A DNA stretch of 64,000 bases, taken from sequence record OW969666.1. One strand, given 5' to 3'. This stretch comes from a plasmid. Both the position numbers and the translations under genes were made by a program. The notes under the pieces are model-generated. The model saw only the letters and a list, made by a program, of their open reading frames with translations, did not search any database and had not been told where the DNA came from. Positions 10,215 to 22,949 of this stretch are shown here, one piece after another (position 1 is the first letter of the stretch; every line of letters starts with the position of its first letter).

Positions 10215-11114
10215 TTAAAACCAGATTCTGGCTCCCGCCAGGAATACTACCTGATGGTCTTTCTCACCCTCTCTTTTCGCCATATCGGACGTTTTCCCGT
10301 AAAGCTGATTCCAGGAGACGCCTATATAGGGTGCAAACTCACGGCGTATTTCGTAGCGCAGCCGAAGGCCCAGCTCTGTGTCAGCTAATCCTCTGCCGCG
10401 CTCCCGCGATTCATCATCCTGACTGTAGAGATTTACCTCATAGGATGGCTGGAGTATGAGCCGGTTAGTCAGTAAAACGTCGTATTCTCCCCCCAGACGG
10501 AGGGCTGCTTTTCCGTCATTACTGACAAAAGCCGTAATTTCAGACTCAAAATTATAGAGCGCGAGCCCCTGAAAACCGACAGCAGCCCAGGTCTGGGCTG
10601 AAGCAGGTCTGAAATCCTGTCTTACACCCGCAACCAAATCCCACCAGGGGCCAACCGCATGCCCCCAGAGTAGCTGGGCTTCTGCCGTCTCCGTTTTCCC
10701 CCCGCTTCGTTCGCCTTCACTCTTTAGCCAGAGCCGGTCAGTGTCGCCTCCAATCCAGCTGTTAACACTCCAGCTGAAATTATTGGTGTTATCCGACCGT
10801 TGCCATTCCAGTTGATCCAGCAAGACCAGATAATTAATCGCACTGTCGTGAATCGCATGCCCCGGTAAATTGCCGAATGCAGCCTTCCGGTCGGCATCGG
10901 TAACAGGCGGAATTGGCGTTCTGCTCTCAGTTACAATGGGCTCCATTGACGTCATCTCAGTGAAATTCTCATCTACCGGCATCTGCATGGAAGACATGTC
11001 GTGCCCGGCATGAGGATCTGCAGAGACGGAGCCCGCCGCAATAGAAAACGGTGAGGTAAACAAACCAGCGACCAGAACAGTTATGGCCTTAAAACTTCTC
11101 TTCATTCGCATCAT
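10215..11114 (-). CDS. pcoB: Outer-membrane copper resistance protein PcoB
   Basis: 299 aa with a signal peptide, a Met/His-rich N-terminus and a C-terminal terminal-Phe beta-barrel signature (ARIWF). Confidence 0.85.
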   Translation of the reverse strand: MMRMKRSFKAITVLVAGLFTSPFSIAAGSVSADPHAGHDMSSMQMPVDENFTEMTSMEPIVTESRTPIPPVTDADRKAAFGNLPGHAIHDSAINYLVLLDQLEWQRSDNTNNFSWSVNSWIGGDTDRLWLKSEGERSGGKTETAEAQLLWGHAVGPWWDLVAGVRQDFRPASAQTWAAVGFQGLALYNFESEITAFVSNDGKAALRLGGEYDVLLTNRLILQPSYEVNLYSQDDESRERGRGLADTELGLRLRYEIRREFAPYIGVSWNQLYGKTSDMAKREGEKDHQVVFLAGARIWF

Positions 11115-12928
11115 TCCTCCACCCGGACTTCACGAAACATTCCCATTTCCATGTGATAGAGCAAATGGCAGTGATACGCCCAGCGGCCAAGCGCATCTGC
11201 TGTCACTCTGTAACTGCGTTTTGTACCAGGGGGAATATCTATTGTGTGTTTACGAACCATGAAATTACCGTTTTCATCTTCCAGATCGCTCCACATACCA
11301 TGCAGGTGAATGGGGTGAGTCATCATGGTATCGTTGACCAGAGTGATCCTGAGTCGCTCACCGTATTTCAGCAGCACCGGTGCGGCATCTGAAAACTTGA
11401 TTCCGTTAAATGACCAGGCAAACTTTTCCATGTGACCGGTTAAATGCAGTTCTATGGTGCGGCCAGGTTCACGTCCGTCAGGATCCTCAAAGCGGCTTTT
11501 CAAATCCGCGTACGTGAGAACCTTTCTTCCGTTATTTCGAAGACCGATACCCGGATCGTTTAATTTCGGAGAGACGCTCATCGCCTGCATATCAACCAGT
11601 GGGTTACCCGTTTCTGACGCAGGATGACTTTGCATACCCGGCATTCCGGCCATCTGGGAATGATCCATACCAGTCATGCTGCTGTGATCCATGGGTGCGG
11701 AGGATGTCCCGCTATCCGCAAGCTCAGCACCGTCCATAGACATCATCTCTCCGCTGTTATTCATGCCCCCCATCTGGCTGTGGTCCATTCCTGCCATATC
11801 ATGCCCCATTCCTCCCATACCCATATCTTCCATGGTCAACAGAGGACGTGGATCCAGGGCGGGAACGGCAGCACTTAACCCCTCTCTCGTGGCCAGTGTC
11901 CCCCGAGCGTAGCCGGTCCTGTCCATGGATTGTGCGAAGATGGTATAGGCCTCACCCTGAGGCTCCACAATGACATCATAGGTTTCGGCAACGGCAATCC
12001 TGAATTCGTCAACGGTAACCGGGTTTACATACTGGCCATCTGCAGCCACGACCGTCATTTTCAGCCCGGGGATGCGGATATCGAAATAGGTCATTGCCGA
12101 ACCGTTGATAAACCGTAAGCGTATCTTTTCACCGGGACGGAACAGCCCGGTCCAGTTTTTCAGCGGGGCCTGACCGTTCATGAGATAGGTGTAGGTGTAG
12201 CCACTGACATCCGCGAGGTCAGTCGGATTCATTTTCATTTCAGCCCACATTTTCCGATCGGCAATAGTGGCTGACAGCCCCCTGGTATTCACGTCGCGGA
12301 AAAAAGAGCCAATGGTTGGTTTATTGAAATTGTAGTAATCCGACTGTTTTTTTAATTTTTTCAGAAGACTGTGAGGATTTTCATCGGTCCAGTCAGACAA
12401 CATGACCACGTGCTCACGATCGTAAGCAAACGGTTCCGGCTCCCTGGCATCGATGATAATGGCACCGTATACCCCCTCCTGTTCCTGCAGACCGGAATGG
12501 CTGTGGTACCAGTAAGTCCCGTTCTGCTTAACCTTAAAGGTGTAAACGTAGGTATCATCAGGCTCTATGCCCCTAAAACTCAGCCCCGGAACACCATCCA
12601 TATTGGCTGGAAGAATAATGCCGTGCCAGTGAATGGACGTCTGTTCATTAAGACGGTTCTTGACCTTCAGGGTAATGGTGTCACCTTCTTTCCAGCGAAG
12701 AACGGGCCCCGGCAGGCCTCCATTGATTGTTTTGGCCTGACGCTCACTGCCAGTGATATTGACGGCCGTTTCACCAATGGTCAGGTCAAACTGAGTACCC
12801 TGCAGGGATGCGGCAACTGGCAGGCTCAGACTGGAACGCGCATTGAAACTCCATACGCCAAGACTTCCGGCTACGCCAGAGAGGGTTAATCCCTTCAGGA
12901 AAGTTCGTCGAGACGTTTTCAACAGCAT
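11111..12928 (-). CDS. pcoA: Multicopper oxidase PcoA (Tat-secreted)
   Basis: Twin-arginine signal [13 protein letters not shown], multicopper oxidase His motifs ([16 protein letters not shown]) and a Met-rich insert. Confidence 0.9.
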   Translation of the reverse strand: MLLKTSRRTFLKGLTLSGVAGSLGVWSFNARSSLSLPVAASLQGTQFDLTIGETAVNITGSERQAKTINGGLPGPVLRWKEGDTITLKVKNRLNEQTSIHWHGIILPANMDGVPGLSFRGIEPDDTYVYTFKVKQNGTYWYHSHSGLQEQEGVYGAIIIDAREPEPFAYDREHVVMLSDWTDENPHSLLKKLKKQSDYYNFNKPTIGSFFRDVNTRGLSATIADRKMWAEMKMNPTDLADVSGYTYTYLMNGQAPLKNWTGLFRPGEKIRLRFINGSAMTYFDIRIPGLKMTVVAADGQYVNPVTVDEFRIAVAETYDVIVEPQGEAYTIFAQSMDRTGYARGTLATREGLSAAVPALDPRPLLTMEDMGMGGMGHDMAGMDHSQMGGMNNSGEMMSMDGAELADSGTSSAPMDHSSMTGMDHSQMAGMPGMQSHPASETGNPLVDMQAMSVSPKLNDPGIGLRNNGRKVLTYADLKSRFEDPDGREPGRTIELHLTGHMEKFAWSFNGIKFSDAAPVLLKYGERLRITLVNDTMMTHPIHLHGMWSDLEDENGNFMVRKHTIDIPPGTKRSYRVTADALGRWAYHCHLLYHMEMGMFREVRVEE

Positions 12929-13044
12929 GCGCGTTCCCTTATTTAAAGTATGGTTACTGACAAAGTTCGAGAACCGATTTAAATTAAATTTCTGGTTCAT
13001 CCTCTTACAATGAAATGAAGCTAGCACACCTTAAGAAACAAATT

Positions 13045-13062
13045 CATTACAATCGTGTAATG
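13045..13062. promoter_or_regulatory. Copper-box-like palindrome in the pcoA / pcoE-like divergent promoter region
   Basis: Perfect inverted repeat CATTACA-ATCG-TGTAATG. Confidence 0.45.
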
Positions 13063-13162
13063 TACGTAGCTGTATTACATTTACGTCATCTTCACCACAG
13101 ATTGATTATTTTTATATATGATCGTGATGACATCTTTTATGTACCTAAGAAGGTAATCACAC

Positions 13163-13612
13163 ATGAATATATTAATCACTACCACTGCGTTTACAGCTTT
13201 ATTTTGTGGGGCAGTTTTTGCCAAGTCCAGTGATATTGCCCATGAAGCACATCGATTCGTGAACAATGCCTCAGCCGTCAGTCATGTTAATTCCTCGACG
13301 CATGAAAACTTGCCGGGCAGGATTAATAAAAAGAGCACGCCATCATTCTCTGAAATGAATGAACATGAAAGGGCCATTGTTGCGCATTCATTTATGAACA
13401 ACAGCGCGTCCTATGCACATCAAAAAATGATTGAGGAACATAAAAAAATGCTGTCCGGGAGTGACGCAAATTCAGAGACATCATCTTCTTCTTTTAACGA
13501 ACTGAATGCCGGAGAGAAAGCCGCCCTCGTGCATGAGCAGGTCAATAATGCCGCTGCGGAAGCTCATCAGACGCAGGCAAGAAAGCTTCGTGGGCTGGAT
13601 TCGTCCAGGTAA
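13163..13612 (+). CDS. Second PcoE/SilE-family metal-binding periplasmic protein (pcoE1-like)
   Basis: 149 aa with a signal peptide and repeated (N/M)xxH(E/Q) motifs shared with SilE and PcoE. It is divergent from pcoA. Confidence 0.7.
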   Translation: MNILITTTAFTALFCGAVFAKSSDIAHEAHRFVNNASAVSHVNSSTHENLPGRINKKSTPSFSEMNEHERAIVAHSFMNNSASYAHQKMIEEHKKMLSGSDANSETSSSSFNELNAGEKAALVHEQVNNAAAEAHQTQARKLRGLDSSR

Positions 13613-13900
13613 AGGCAGGTGGGTTAGTGCTTAGCGTCAGGTGCGCAGCAGGGTTTCACTGACGGGTTACGTCGCAGGACATGAGCTTCATATTGCTCTG
13701 CCGTAACCTGTTTCAGACCCGTTAATCATCACCGCCGGGCTGGTCATACACTTCCCAGAGCTTCAGGAGCAAACGGGAAACAAGATATGTTACAAAAATG
13801 ACGACCATCAACGGTGCTCCCGATTAACTGGCAGATGACACTCCTCCTGAAAACCCCTAGCATACGCCGCAGTGTTCATGCTAACGGCGAATTCCAGTAA

Positions 13901-14638
13901 ATGTATTCTACCGATGTCGTAAAAGAAAATGCTTACCTTTCAGCCACCCGCTCGGGGCTGGAATCGAACGAGATCGCTATCCTTCAGCGCTCTTTGCCTT
14001 CCCGCTTTAATCTTCGGCATTTGAAAAAAAATGAATCATTAAAACTCGTACTGCAAAAGAAAGCGGGAAAATCACGTGTAGTGGCTTATAAATTTACGTC
14101 CGGCTCATTTAATTACACGGCGTATCGTATATCAGACAAAAAGTTCTATAATCTTTCCGATACTTCCGGGAAAGGCAGTCTCGATTATCCGTTACCAGCC
14201 ACAGCAAGACTCAGTTCACCTTTCAATCCTGCAAGACTTAACCCGGTATCGGGAAAAGTGAGTCCCCATAATGGCATTGATTATTCCATGCCCATGAACA
14301 CGAAAATAGTCAGCGTCATCGACGGAAAAATCACCCGGGCCGAATACAACAGTACCATGGGATATTTTGTTGAAGTAACGGGAAAAGCCGGTGTTAAAAC
14401 TCGCTATCTCCACCTCAATAAAATACTCGTTACTAAAGGGGCCAGAGTTACCCGGGGAGGTGCTATTGCGTTATCCGGTAACAGCGGACGTTCATCCGGT
14501 CCTCATTTACATTACGAGCTGGTCATCAATAACAATCCTGTTAATTCACTGGCGTTCCGGGCATCGGCACCCGCTGATAACAAACTCGAACAGCATGCCT
14601 TTGCGCATGCCAGAGACTACGAACGATACCTGGACTGA
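13901..14638 (+). CDS. M23-family metallopeptidase (pcoG-like)
   Basis: Conserved M23 motifs (HNGIDY...GNSGRSSGPHLHYEL). Confidence 0.75.
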   Translation: MYSTDVVKENAYLSATRSGLESNEIAILQRSLPSRFNLRHLKKNESLKLVLQKKAGKSRVVAYKFTSGSFNYTAYRISDKKFYNLSDTSGKGSLDYPLPATARLSSPFNPARLNPVSGKVSPHNGIDYSMPMNTKIVSVIDGKITRAEYNSTMGYFVEVTGKAGVKTRYLHLNKILVTKGARVTRGGAIALSGNSGRSSGPHLHYELVINNNPVNSLAFRASAPADNKLEQHAFAHARDYERYLD

Positions 14639-14671
14639 TAACGGGACCGCGACGCGGCCCCGTTTGCCGGA

Positions 14672-14869
14672 TTAATTTTTTTTATCGTTTTCACTTCCGT
14701 GATGTTGGTGATCCCCATGCCCTCCGTGGCCGTGGAAAAGATGCATTAGCGGGCAGACCAGCAATAACAGATATGGCCAGTAACCTGCCACATGTGACCA
14801 GTGTTCTCGCAGGAGGGCAAATGCCGCGATCGCGGCGACAGCAATAAGCGCATAGGTGGTACTTTTCAT
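14672..14869 (-). CDS. Small His-rich membrane protein (DUF2933-like) downstream of silP
   Basis: 65 aa with two TM helices and an HGHGGHGDHQHHG tail. Confidence 0.5.
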   Translation of the reverse strand: MKSTTYALIAVAAIAAFALLREHWSHVAGYWPYLLLLVCPLMHLFHGHGGHGDHQHHGSENDKKN

Positions 14870-14909
14870 ACTGGACTCCTTCTGTTCATAACAGACCCTT
14901 CACTCAGTG

Positions 14910-17351
14910 TTATTTCCCGAGCCTGACACTTTTCAGACGCAACGCATTCACAATGACGCTGACGGAAGAAAGAGCCATGGCCGCCGCCGCAATAACTGGC
15001 GACAGCAGTATTCCATACACAGGATAAAGCAGGCCTGCAGCCACCGGCACACCAAGTGCGTTGTAGATAAATGCAAAAAACAGATTCTGTCGGATATTTT
15101 TCATGGTGATCTCTGACAGATGACGGGCCCTGTTCAGTATCATCAGGTCGCCTTTGAGAAGGGTGACTCCGGCACTTTCAATTGCCACATCTGTACCCGT
15201 TCCCATGGCTATACCCACGTCAGCCGCTGCCAGCGCCGGGGCATCATTCACACCGTCTCCGGCCATCGCAACCACATGACCAGACGCTTTCAGTCGGGTT
15301 ATCACTGCTTTTTTGCCATCCGGCAGAATCCCGGCTTCAACATCCTCTATTCCCAGTTTTCGTGCGACGGCTTCAGCTGTTAGCTGGTTATCCCCGGTGA
15401 GCATAACAATGCGGATCCCCGCCTGACGCAACGCTTTAAGTGCATCCGGCGTGGTTGCTTTCACGGGATCCGAAATAGCTATCAGGCCTGCAAGGTCCCC
15501 GTCCGTGGCCACATAGATAACGGTAGCGCCTTCCATCCGCAACGTATCCGCAACGGCCTTTTGATTATCAATAACGATACTGTTTTCCTGCATAACCAGT
15601 TCATTACCAATAACAATCCGTTGACCTTCGACATCGCCTGTGACACCTTTACCCGACGGCGCATCGAAATGAGTGACTGCGGGTATTGCGATCCCCTTTT
15701 CCTGTGCTGCTCTGACGACTGCCATACCCAGCGGATGCTGCGAGCCTTTTTCCACTGCGGCCGTTACACGCAAAAGAGAGGCTTCCCCACCCGGACTGAG
15801 ACTGATAATTCCTGTCACCGTAGGCGAACCTTCGGTGAGCGTGCCTGTTTTGTCGACAACCAGCGTGTCCACTTTTTCAAGACGCTCAAGGGCTTCGGCA
15901 TTTTTGATTAACACCCCGGCCTGGGCTCCTTTGCCCACCCCCACCATTATCGACATCGGCGTGGCCAGCCCCAGCGCGCAGGGACAGGCAATAATCAGGA
16001 CCGACACAGCCGCAATCAGACCGTGCGCCATCCTGGGCTCGGGCCCCCAGACAGACCAGATCACGAAAGCAACAACCGCGATAAGTATCACCAGAGGAAC
16101 AAACCAGCCTGAAACGCTGTCAGCCATTCTCTGGATGGGGGCTCGCGAACGCTGTGCATCAGCGACCATCTGAACAATTCGTGAGAGCATCGTTTCATCT
16201 CCGACTTTCTCTGCACGGATGATAAGACTACCTGTCTGATTAATCGTCCCCCCAATGACAGGGGCACCCTCCGTTTTGGTAACCGGCATAGACTCCCCGG
16301 TCACCATCGATTCATCAACGGTTGTTGTGCCTTCGACCACGATACCGTCGACCGGAATACTCTCCCCAGGTCTGATGCGGAGCTTATCGCCAGGCAGGAC
16401 ATCTTCCGCATTAATATCCGTTTCATGACCGTCATGGTCCAGCCGCCTGGCGGTTTTGGGGGCAAGGTTCAGAAGCGCAGTAATGGCACCTGAGGTTTGT
16501 TCCCGTGCCCGCAGCTCAAGAACCTGTCCCAGCAGTACAAGCACCGTAATTACTGCCGCGGCTTCAAAATAAACGGCCACCAGGCCATCCATGTTTCTGA
16601 ACGATGCAGGAAACCAGGAGGGGAAGACAGTTGCAATGACGCTGTAAACCCAGGCTACGCCGGTCCCCATAGCAACAAGGGTAAACATATTCAGGGAACG
16701 GTTACGTAACGACATCCCGGCCCGGGCGAAAAATGGCCAGCCACACCACAACACGACAGGAGAGGCCAGAAGCAGCTGCAGCCATGTGTTGTACTGTGGC
16801 GATACTGTATTTCTCAAGGCGGGAAACAGATGAGATCCCATTTCGAGTATCAGAACCGGAAACGCCAGCAACAACCCCAGCCAGAAGCGTCTTGTCATGT
16901 CGCGAAGTTCATCACTCGGCCCCGTGGATGCCGTGGCTACGAGTGGTTCCAGTGCCATTCCACAGACAGGACAGCTTCCTGGACCACGACGGCGTATCTC
17001 CGGGTGCATCGGGCATGTCCACACACCTTCAGAAATATCGTTCTCCGCCTGGTGGTGAGGCTGTTTTATCTGATCAGGGATGACCTCGTGGTGATGGTGG
17101 TGATGGGAATGTTCACTGGCATCTTCTGTAAGATAATGATCGGGATGAGCTTTAAATTTGCTCTCACAGCTGGCGGAGCAGAAATAAAGCTGATGCTCCT
17201 GGTATCGAATGCTGCTGTGCGCCTTATCGGGCATGATTGTCATCCCGCACACGGGATCTCTCACCTTATGCAATACGTGACTCTCGTCCGGGGATAATGT
17301 CTGTTCAGAGGCAGTCTGGTTGTTGTGTTGCACTGCATTGTCATTTTTCAC
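14910..17351 (-). CDS. silP: Cu(I)/Ag(I)-translocating P1B-type ATPase SilP
   Basis: 813 aa with an N-terminal His-rich region and CxxC motifs, the CPC transmembrane motif, DKTGTLT, and a GDGVNDAP hinge. Confidence 0.9.
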   Translation of the reverse strand: MKNDNAVQHNNQTASEQTLSPDESHVLHKVRDPVCGMTIMPDKAHSSIRYQEHQLYFCSASCESKFKAHPDHYLTEDASEHSHHHHHHEVIPDQIKQPHHQAENDISEGVWTCPMHPEIRRRGPGSCPVCGMALEPLVATASTGPSDELRDMTRRFWLGLLLAFPVLILEMGSHLFPALRNTVSPQYNTWLQLLLASPVVLWCGWPFFARAGMSLRNRSLNMFTLVAMGTGVAWVYSVIATVFPSWFPASFRNMDGLVAVYFEAAAVITVLVLLGQVLELRAREQTSGAITALLNLAPKTARRLDHDGHETDINAEDVLPGDKLRIRPGESIPVDGIVVEGTTTVDESMVTGESMPVTKTEGAPVIGGTINQTGSLIIRAEKVGDETMLSRIVQMVADAQRSRAPIQRMADSVSGWFVPLVILIAVVAFVIWSVWGPEPRMAHGLIAAVSVLIIACPCALGLATPMSIMVGVGKGAQAGVLIKNAEALERLEKVDTLVVDKTGTLTEGSPTVTGIISLSPGGEASLLRVTAAVEKGSQHPLGMAVVRAAQEKGIAIPAVTHFDAPSGKGVTGDVEGQRIVIGNELVMQENSIVIDNQKAVADTLRMEGATVIYVATDGDLAGLIAISDPVKATTPDALKALRQAGIRIVMLTGDNQLTAEAVARKLGIEDVEAGILPDGKKAVITRLKASGHVVAMAGDGVNDAPALAAADVGIAMGTGTDVAIESAGVTLLKGDLMILNRARHLSEITMKNIRQNLFFAFIYNALGVPVAAGLLYPVYGILLSPVIAAAAMALSSVSVIVNALRLKSVRLGK

Positions 17352-17478
17352 AGTAACTCTCCTTATGCAAACCTGAAGCGTCTTCTGTATTCAGGTTATG
17401 TCATGGATGCGATTACCACGAATGTCGCCGGCACAGGAGTGCCTGCTACCGGCGTCCCGTTAACAGCCGTTCCGCTGA

Positions 17479-17925
17479 CTATTCGATTCGCTGGAAGATC
17501 TTTTTACTGCCCTCCGGAGAGAATGCGATAACATCGTAAGCCTCTTTACGGGCCCCCATCTCCATTCCCGGGCTTCCCGCAGGCATACCGGGGGTGGCAA
17601 GGCCATAAATCCCTGAATCAGACTGCATTGCCTTATGTATCGTTGTGGCAGGCACATGACCTTCAATGATCAAATTACCAGTAACTGCGGTATGACAGCT
17701 TCTCAGCTCAGCAGGAACAGCATATTTTTCTTTCAGGGCTGACAGAGCCTGATCATTCATGACGTGGGTCCGTACCTCAAACCCGTCCTTTTCCATCGCC
17801 TTGCCCCACAGGGAACAGCAACCACAGTTTTCAGACTTGTACATGTCTATTACTTTTTCACCTGCCATTGCCGGAAGTGAAAGGCCAAAAGCCAGGGCCA
17901 TTAAAATTATTTTTTTCATACTCAC
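17479..17925 (-). CDS. Periplasmic DUF411/CopG-like protein (the sil 'ORF105' position)
   Basis: 148 aa with a signal peptide and a CxCC motif (ENCGCCSLW). It sits between silA and silP. Confidence 0.7.
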   Translation of the reverse strand: MSMKKIILMALAFGLSLPAMAGEKVIDMYKSENCGCCSLWGKAMEKDGFEVRTHVMNDQALSALKEKYAVPAELRSCHTAVTGNLIIEGHVPATTIHKAMQSDSGIYGLATPGMPAGSPGMEMGARKEAYDVIAFSPEGSKKIFQRIE

Positions 17926-18004
17926 CTCTGTATGTTATCGATGTAAACCCTGACGTCAGGGTGAATTTATGCAAAAGGACACCCGCAGGGGTGTCCTTTC
18001 AGGG

Positions 18005-21000
18005 TTATGACACGCTCTTTTTATGTCTGCGCAGCCAGATGAGTTTATAGGCGGCAGGAATAATGAACAGGGACAGCAGCGGAGCTGTGATCATCCCGCC
18101 AATCATGGGGGCCGCAATACGGCTCATGACTTCTGAACCTGCGCCGGTTCCCCAGAGTATCGGCAGCAGACCCGCGATGATCACCGCCACGGTCATGGCT
18201 TTCGGCCGGACACGCAGCACGGCACCATGATAAAGGGCTTCATCAAGACCTTCCGGTGTGAACGTTTCCTTGTTTGACAGTTCCGGATGCGCTTCAATGG
18301 CATGACGCAGATACATCAGCATGACCACGCCAAACTCTGCTGCCACACCGGCCAGGGCGATAAACCCGGTTCCGGTTGCGACTGACATATGGAAGCCCTG
18401 CCAGTACAGGAACCATATCCCGCCAACCAGGGCGAACGGCAGACTCATCAGGATCAACAACGCTTCATCAACCCGGCGGAACGCCAGATACAACAGGATG
18501 AAAATGATCATCACCGTCATCGGCACCATCAGTTTAAGTTTCTTGTTGGCGTGCTCAAGCAGTTCAAATTGTCCGGAGAATGACACGCTGGTACCCGGTC
18601 TCAGTTTCACTTTCTGACTGATAGCCGTTTTAATATCATTAACCACCGACACCATATCCCTGCCGCGCGCGTCAATGTAAATCCAGCTGGCTGGACGGGC
18701 ATTTTCCGTTTTCAGCATAGTCGGCCCTGAAACGACCTTAATATCCGCGACATCGCCCAGCGTGATCTGCTGCTTCATCGGGGTCAGGATCGGCATCTGT
18801 TTCAATGCATTTGGACTGTTCCGGTAATCCTGCGGATAGCGAATATTAATCGGGTAGCGGGCCACGCCTTCAACCGTTTCCCCTACCGTTGCGCCGCCGA
18901 TGGCTGATGAGACAAACAGCTGTACATCACCGACAGTCATACCGTAACGGGACCCTTTTTCCCGGTTGATATCGATATCGATGTAACGCCCGCCTTCAAG
19001 TCGCTCAGCCAGGGCAGACACCACGCCCGGCACGGTTTTGGCTACCGCCTCAATACTCTGCGCAGTCGCATCAATATCGGCCAGGACAGTCCCTGAGACC
19101 TTGATACCTATCGGGCTTTTGATCCCGGTTGAGAGCATATCAATACGGTTACGGATTGGCGGAACCCACAGGTTTGCCAGACCCGGTAAACGGACGGTCT
19201 TGTCGAGTTCTTCAATAATCTTGTCAATCGTCATACCCGGACGCCACTGATCCTCAGGTTTGAGCTGGATCGTGGTTTCCACCATTTCAAGCGGTGCGGA
19301 ATCCGTTGCGGTCTCTGCTTTACCGGTCTTGCCAAATACAGAGGCCACTTCAGGAACGCTTTTGATTAACTTGTCCGTCGTCTGCAGGAGTGCTGCAGCT
19401 TCTGCCGGAGAGACGCCAGGCAATGTTGACGGCATATACAGCAGGTCGCCCTCATTGATCTTCGGCAGAAACTCCCCCCCCACCTGACTCAATGGCCATA
19501 CAACGGTGAAAATGGACAAGGCCGCAACCAGCAGGGTTGTTTTTGGCCAGTGGAGGACCCGCAGCAGCAATGGATGATACGCTTTGATCAGCACCCGGTT
19601 CAGGGGGTTACTGGTCTCGGCAGGAATTTTTCCCCGGATCCAGAATCCCATCAGGATCGGAATGACAATGATGGCCAGCGCGGCCGCGCCCGCCATGGAG
19701 TACGTTTTCGTGAATGCCAGCGGGCCAAACAGACGTCCTTCCTGACCTTCCAGGGTAAAGATAGGTATAAAGGACAGGGTGATGATCAGCAGGCTGATAA
19801 ACAGTGCGGGTCCCACTTCCACGGAGGCGTCGGTAATCACCTTCCAGCGGGTGACGTTGTCAATCTGCTCACCCGGATGCCGATGATCCCACTCCTCAAG
19901 CCGTTTATGCGCATTCTCAATCATCACAATGGCGGCATCCACCATCGCACCGACGGCAATAGCTATCCCTCCCAGCGACATGATATTGGCGTTCAGTCCC
20001 TGGAAGTGCATGACGATAAAGGCGATACACAGGCCAAGCGGCAGAGAGATAATCGCCACCAGGGCAGAACGTACGTGCCACAGGAACAGGGCACAGACGA
20101 TGGCCACCACGAAAAACTCTTCCAGAAGTTTGGAACTGAGGTTATCAATCGCCCGGTCGATTAACTGGCTGCGATCGTAGGTGGTCACGATTTCAACACC
20201 TTCCGGCAGACTGGCCTTCAGTGTCTCCAGTTTATCCCTCACTGCCGTGATTACGTCACGCGCGTTTTTACCCGACCGCAGGATCACCACGCCGCCAGCG
20301 ACTTCCCCCTGGCCGTTCAGTTCGGCAATACCACGCCGCATTTCAGGCCCTGTCTGCACGCGGGCAACATCCCGCAAATAAACCGGCACGCCGTTCTCGC
20401 CTGTTTTCAGGACGATGTTATTAAAATCATCAATGCTCTGCAGATAGCCGCTGGCGCGGACCATATACTCCGCTTCGGCTATTTCAACGGATGAACCACC
20501 GGCCTCCTGGTTAGACGATTCAAGAGCCTGTTTCACTTCGGGCAGGCTGATCCCATACTGAGACAGTTTTACCGGATTGACCTGAATCTGGTACTGCTTC
20601 ACCACGCCACCAACCGAGGCTACCTCAGCCACGTTCGGGATGGTCTTCAGTTCAAATTTCAGAAACCAGTCCTGCAAAGAACGCAGTTCTGAAAGGTCGT
20701 GTTTTCCGCTGCGATCGACCAGGGCATATTCAAATATCCAGCCCACTCCCGTGGCGTCCGGACCGATTTCAGAACTCACACCCGCAGGCAGTTTGCCCTG
20801 AACCTGATTCAGGTATTCCAGCACGCGCGAACGGGCCCAGTACAGATCGGTCCCGTCTTCAAAAATGACATACACATACGAATCACCGAACTGTGAAAAG
20901 CCACGCACAGTTTTTGCGCCAGGTACGGACAGCATGGTGGTGGTAAGCGGATAGGTGACCTGGTTTTCTACAATCTGCGGAGCCTGTCCGGGATAGCTGG

Positions 21001-21151
21001 TTTTAATAATGACCTGCACATCTGACAGGTCAGGCAGCGCATCGACCGGCGTGTTAATTATCGTCCATGTGCCCCAGATGCTGAGAAACAGGGCACCCAT
21101 CATGACCAGGAAACGGTTGGCGACAGAGCGCCGGATAATCCATTCAATCAT
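18005..21151 (-). CDS. silA: RND efflux pump SilA (CusA family)
   Basis: 1048-aa, 12-TM RND transporter. Confidence 0.9.
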   Translation of the reverse strand: MIEWIIRRSVANRFLVMMGALFLSIWGTWTIINTPVDALPDLSDVQVIIKTSYPGQAPQIVENQVTYPLTTTMLSVPGAKTVRGFSQFGDSYVYVIFEDGTDLYWARSRVLEYLNQVQGKLPAGVSSEIGPDATGVGWIFEYALVDRSGKHDLSELRSLQDWFLKFELKTIPNVAEVASVGGVVKQYQIQVNPVKLSQYGISLPEVKQALESSNQEAGGSSVEIAEAEYMVRASGYLQSIDDFNNIVLKTGENGVPVYLRDVARVQTGPEMRRGIAELNGQGEVAGGVVILRSGKNARDVITAVRDKLETLKASLPEGVEIVTTYDRSQLIDRAIDNLSSKLLEEFFVVAIVCALFLWHVRSALVAIISLPLGLCIAFIVMHFQGLNANIMSLGGIAIAVGAMVDAAIVMIENAHKRLEEWDHRHPGEQIDNVTRWKVITDASVEVGPALFISLLIITLSFIPIFTLEGQEGRLFGPLAFTKTYSMAGAAALAIIVIPILMGFWIRGKIPAETSNPLNRVLIKAYHPLLLRVLHWPKTTLLVAALSIFTVVWPLSQVGGEFLPKINEGDLLYMPSTLPGVSPAEAAALLQTTDKLIKSVPEVASVFGKTGKAETATDSAPLEMVETTIQLKPEDQWRPGMTIDKIIEELDKTVRLPGLANLWVPPIRNRIDMLSTGIKSPIGIKVSGTVLADIDATAQSIEAVAKTVPGVVSALAERLEGGRYIDIDINREKGSRYGMTVGDVQLFVSSAIGGATVGETVEGVARYPINIRYPQDYRNSPNALKQMPILTPMKQQITLGDVADIKVVSGPTMLKTENARPASWIYIDARGRDMVSVVNDIKTAISQKVKLRPGTSVSFSGQFELLEHANKKLKLMVPMTVMIIFILLYLAFRRVDEALLILMSLPFALVGGIWFLYWQGFHMSVATGTGFIALAGVAAEFGVVMLMYLRHAIEAHPELSNKETFTPEGLDEALYHGAVLRVRPKAMTVAVIIAGLLPILWGTGAGSEVMSRIAAPMIGGMITAPLLSLFIIPAAYKLIWLRRHKKSVS

Positions 21152-21161
21152 CGTCGTCTCC

Positions 21162-22454
21162 TCAGTGCCCTGAATGCATATTTACAGGCTGCTCAGACAT
21201 TGCTGGCATACTGTTTTCTGTTTTTTCAGGGTGGCGCATACGTTCCAGCGCGCCCGTAATATTGGCTTCGGAGTCAATGAGGAACAGGCCACTGACCACC
21301 ACGGTATCGCCTTCATTAAGACCGGAGCCAATGCCGGACTGTTGCTGTGATTCATGCAGAACGTGGATCTGTTTCGGCACAAACTTGCCTTCATCATCAA
21401 CAGTAATCACGCGCTGTTCTTTGCCGGTATCGATAACGGCCTGGCTTGGTATCAGCAGCATCTCCTGACTTTGGGTATTCAGTTTGAGATAGGCATTCAT
21501 GCCCGGCTTGAGAAACTCATCCTTGTTAGTAACCTGGAGGCGGACCTGAAGCGTGCGGGTTGTCTGATCCACGCTGGGAAGAATGTTCCATTTTTCGACA
21601 TGGAATGTTTTATCCGGATAAGCCGGTACCGAAATTTCAAACTGCGACGTATCTTTCAGCAGATAGGCGATAGATTCTGGCACTGCAGCGCTGATCCAGA
21701 CCGGGTCCATCCCCTGAATCTGAGCCACCACCTTATCTTTGGAAATATTCATGCCGGTGCGCAGGTCAAATGCAGTAATGACACCATCAATAGGTGCTTT
21801 AATGGTAAAACGGGTCTGGATTGTGCGGGTTGAACGCAGCCTTTGAATATCCTCTTCCGGCATACCAGCCAGACGAAGTCGCTCCAGAACCCCTTTTATC
21901 TGGGTTGGCGTACCGCCTGTACCGGATAACAGCAGAAACTCACTTTGTGCCTCAACCCATTCAGGAATGGTGATATCGATAAGCGGAGTGCCTTTCTTCA
22001 CATGATCGCCAATCGTCAGGGGATACACTTTTTCGACGAAACCGTCAGAACGCGCCTGCACAATGACAAACTGATATTCGTTGTAACTGACATTAGCCGG
22101 GATTGTCTGAGAATAATTCAGCATTCCTCGCGTGACTTTTTGCGTTTTTAATCCCAGATTCTGAACCTGAGTTGGATCGATACGGATCCCGCCACTGCTT
22201 TTATCGCCACTTTCATCAGCATATTTCGGCACAAGGTCCATATCCATAAAAGGCGATTTTCCGGGTTTATCAAATTTGGTATCCGGTTTCATAGGATCAT
22301 ACCAGAAAAGCACCTTTTTCTCCGGTGCCTTTTGTTCTGCTGGTACTGTTTTTTGTGATGAGTTTAAATACTGCCAGGCAGTAACCGATATCAGCCCTCC
22401 TGCTATGAGGCTGCTGATAATTATTGCAGCATATTTTATCTTTAAAGAAGCCAT
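21162..22454 (-). CDS. silB: Membrane fusion protein SilB (CusB family)
   Basis: 430 aa with an N-terminal TM and a Met-rich N-terminus, directly upstream of silA. Confidence 0.9.
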   Translation of the reverse strand: MASLKIKYAAIIISSLIAGGLISVTAWQYLNSSQKTVPAEQKAPEKKVLFWYDPMKPDTKFDKPGKSPFMDMDLVPKYADESGDKSSGGIRIDPTQVQNLGLKTQKVTRGMLNYSQTIPANVSYNEYQFVIVQARSDGFVEKVYPLTIGDHVKKGTPLIDITIPEWVEAQSEFLLLSGTGGTPTQIKGVLERLRLAGMPEEDIQRLRSTRTIQTRFTIKAPIDGVITAFDLRTGMNISKDKVVAQIQGMDPVWISAAVPESIAYLLKDTSQFEISVPAYPDKTFHVEKWNILPSVDQTTRTLQVRLQVTNKDEFLKPGMNAYLKLNTQSQEMLLIPSQAVIDTGKEQRVITVDDEGKFVPKQIHVLHESQQQSGIGSGLNEGDTVVVSGLFLIDSEANITGALERMRHPEKTENSMPAMSEQPVNMHSGH

Positions 22455-22567
22455 ACAATTTCTCGCTGAAAAATCAAAACACCTGGCATATGCGCCCGAT
22501 CATTCATTCACAGTAATCCCATAATGAATGTTCAGGCGCACTGGATGTATTCGCTCCGGACTGTTAA

Positions 22568-22921
22568 TCAGGATTGCGTAACGTTAATGCTTTTGAGTAA
22601 GGAGATATTGCCCTGCTGAATAAACGAGAAATCGACATGGTTGCCGGTTTTCAGGGCATTGATAGCGTCGTCTGCATTAACAAAAGTGAAGCGCATGGTC
22701 ATTGCAGGCCAGCCCACCGCCGGGATTGCTTCGTGCGAAATGGTAATCTTTTTACTATTCATATCAATGTCTTTAACGATACCGGTGCCCTTGATAACCT
22801 GCTGTACCGAAGCATCACTGGCAGCATTCATATCGCCATGCTGATGTGTTTCAGCATGAAGACTGGCAGAAAACATGACAGAGAAGGCACCAAATAAAAC
22901 GGCTTTAAGTGAATTACGCAT
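22568..22921 (-). CDS. silF: Periplasmic Cu/Ag chaperone SilF (CusF family)
   Basis: 117 aa with a signal peptide and a CusF-like Met/His/Trp site. Confidence 0.85.
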   Translation of the reverse strand: MRNSLKAVLFGAFSVMFSASLHAETHQHGDMNAASDASVQQVIKGTGIVKDIDMNSKKITISHEAIPAVGWPAMTMRFTFVNADDAINALKTGNHVDFSFIQQGNISLLKSINVTQS

Positions 22922-22949
22922 TTTTAATTTCCTGATTAATTGAATAAAT

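Noticed and set aside
19550-20164. 204-aa plus-strand ORF inside silA
   Set aside because: Antisense shadow ORF of the RND pump gene. The sil and pco genes show similar shadow ORFs (12371–12889, 15673–16173, 16830–17297, 23281–23825, 24750–25421, 25789–26322).
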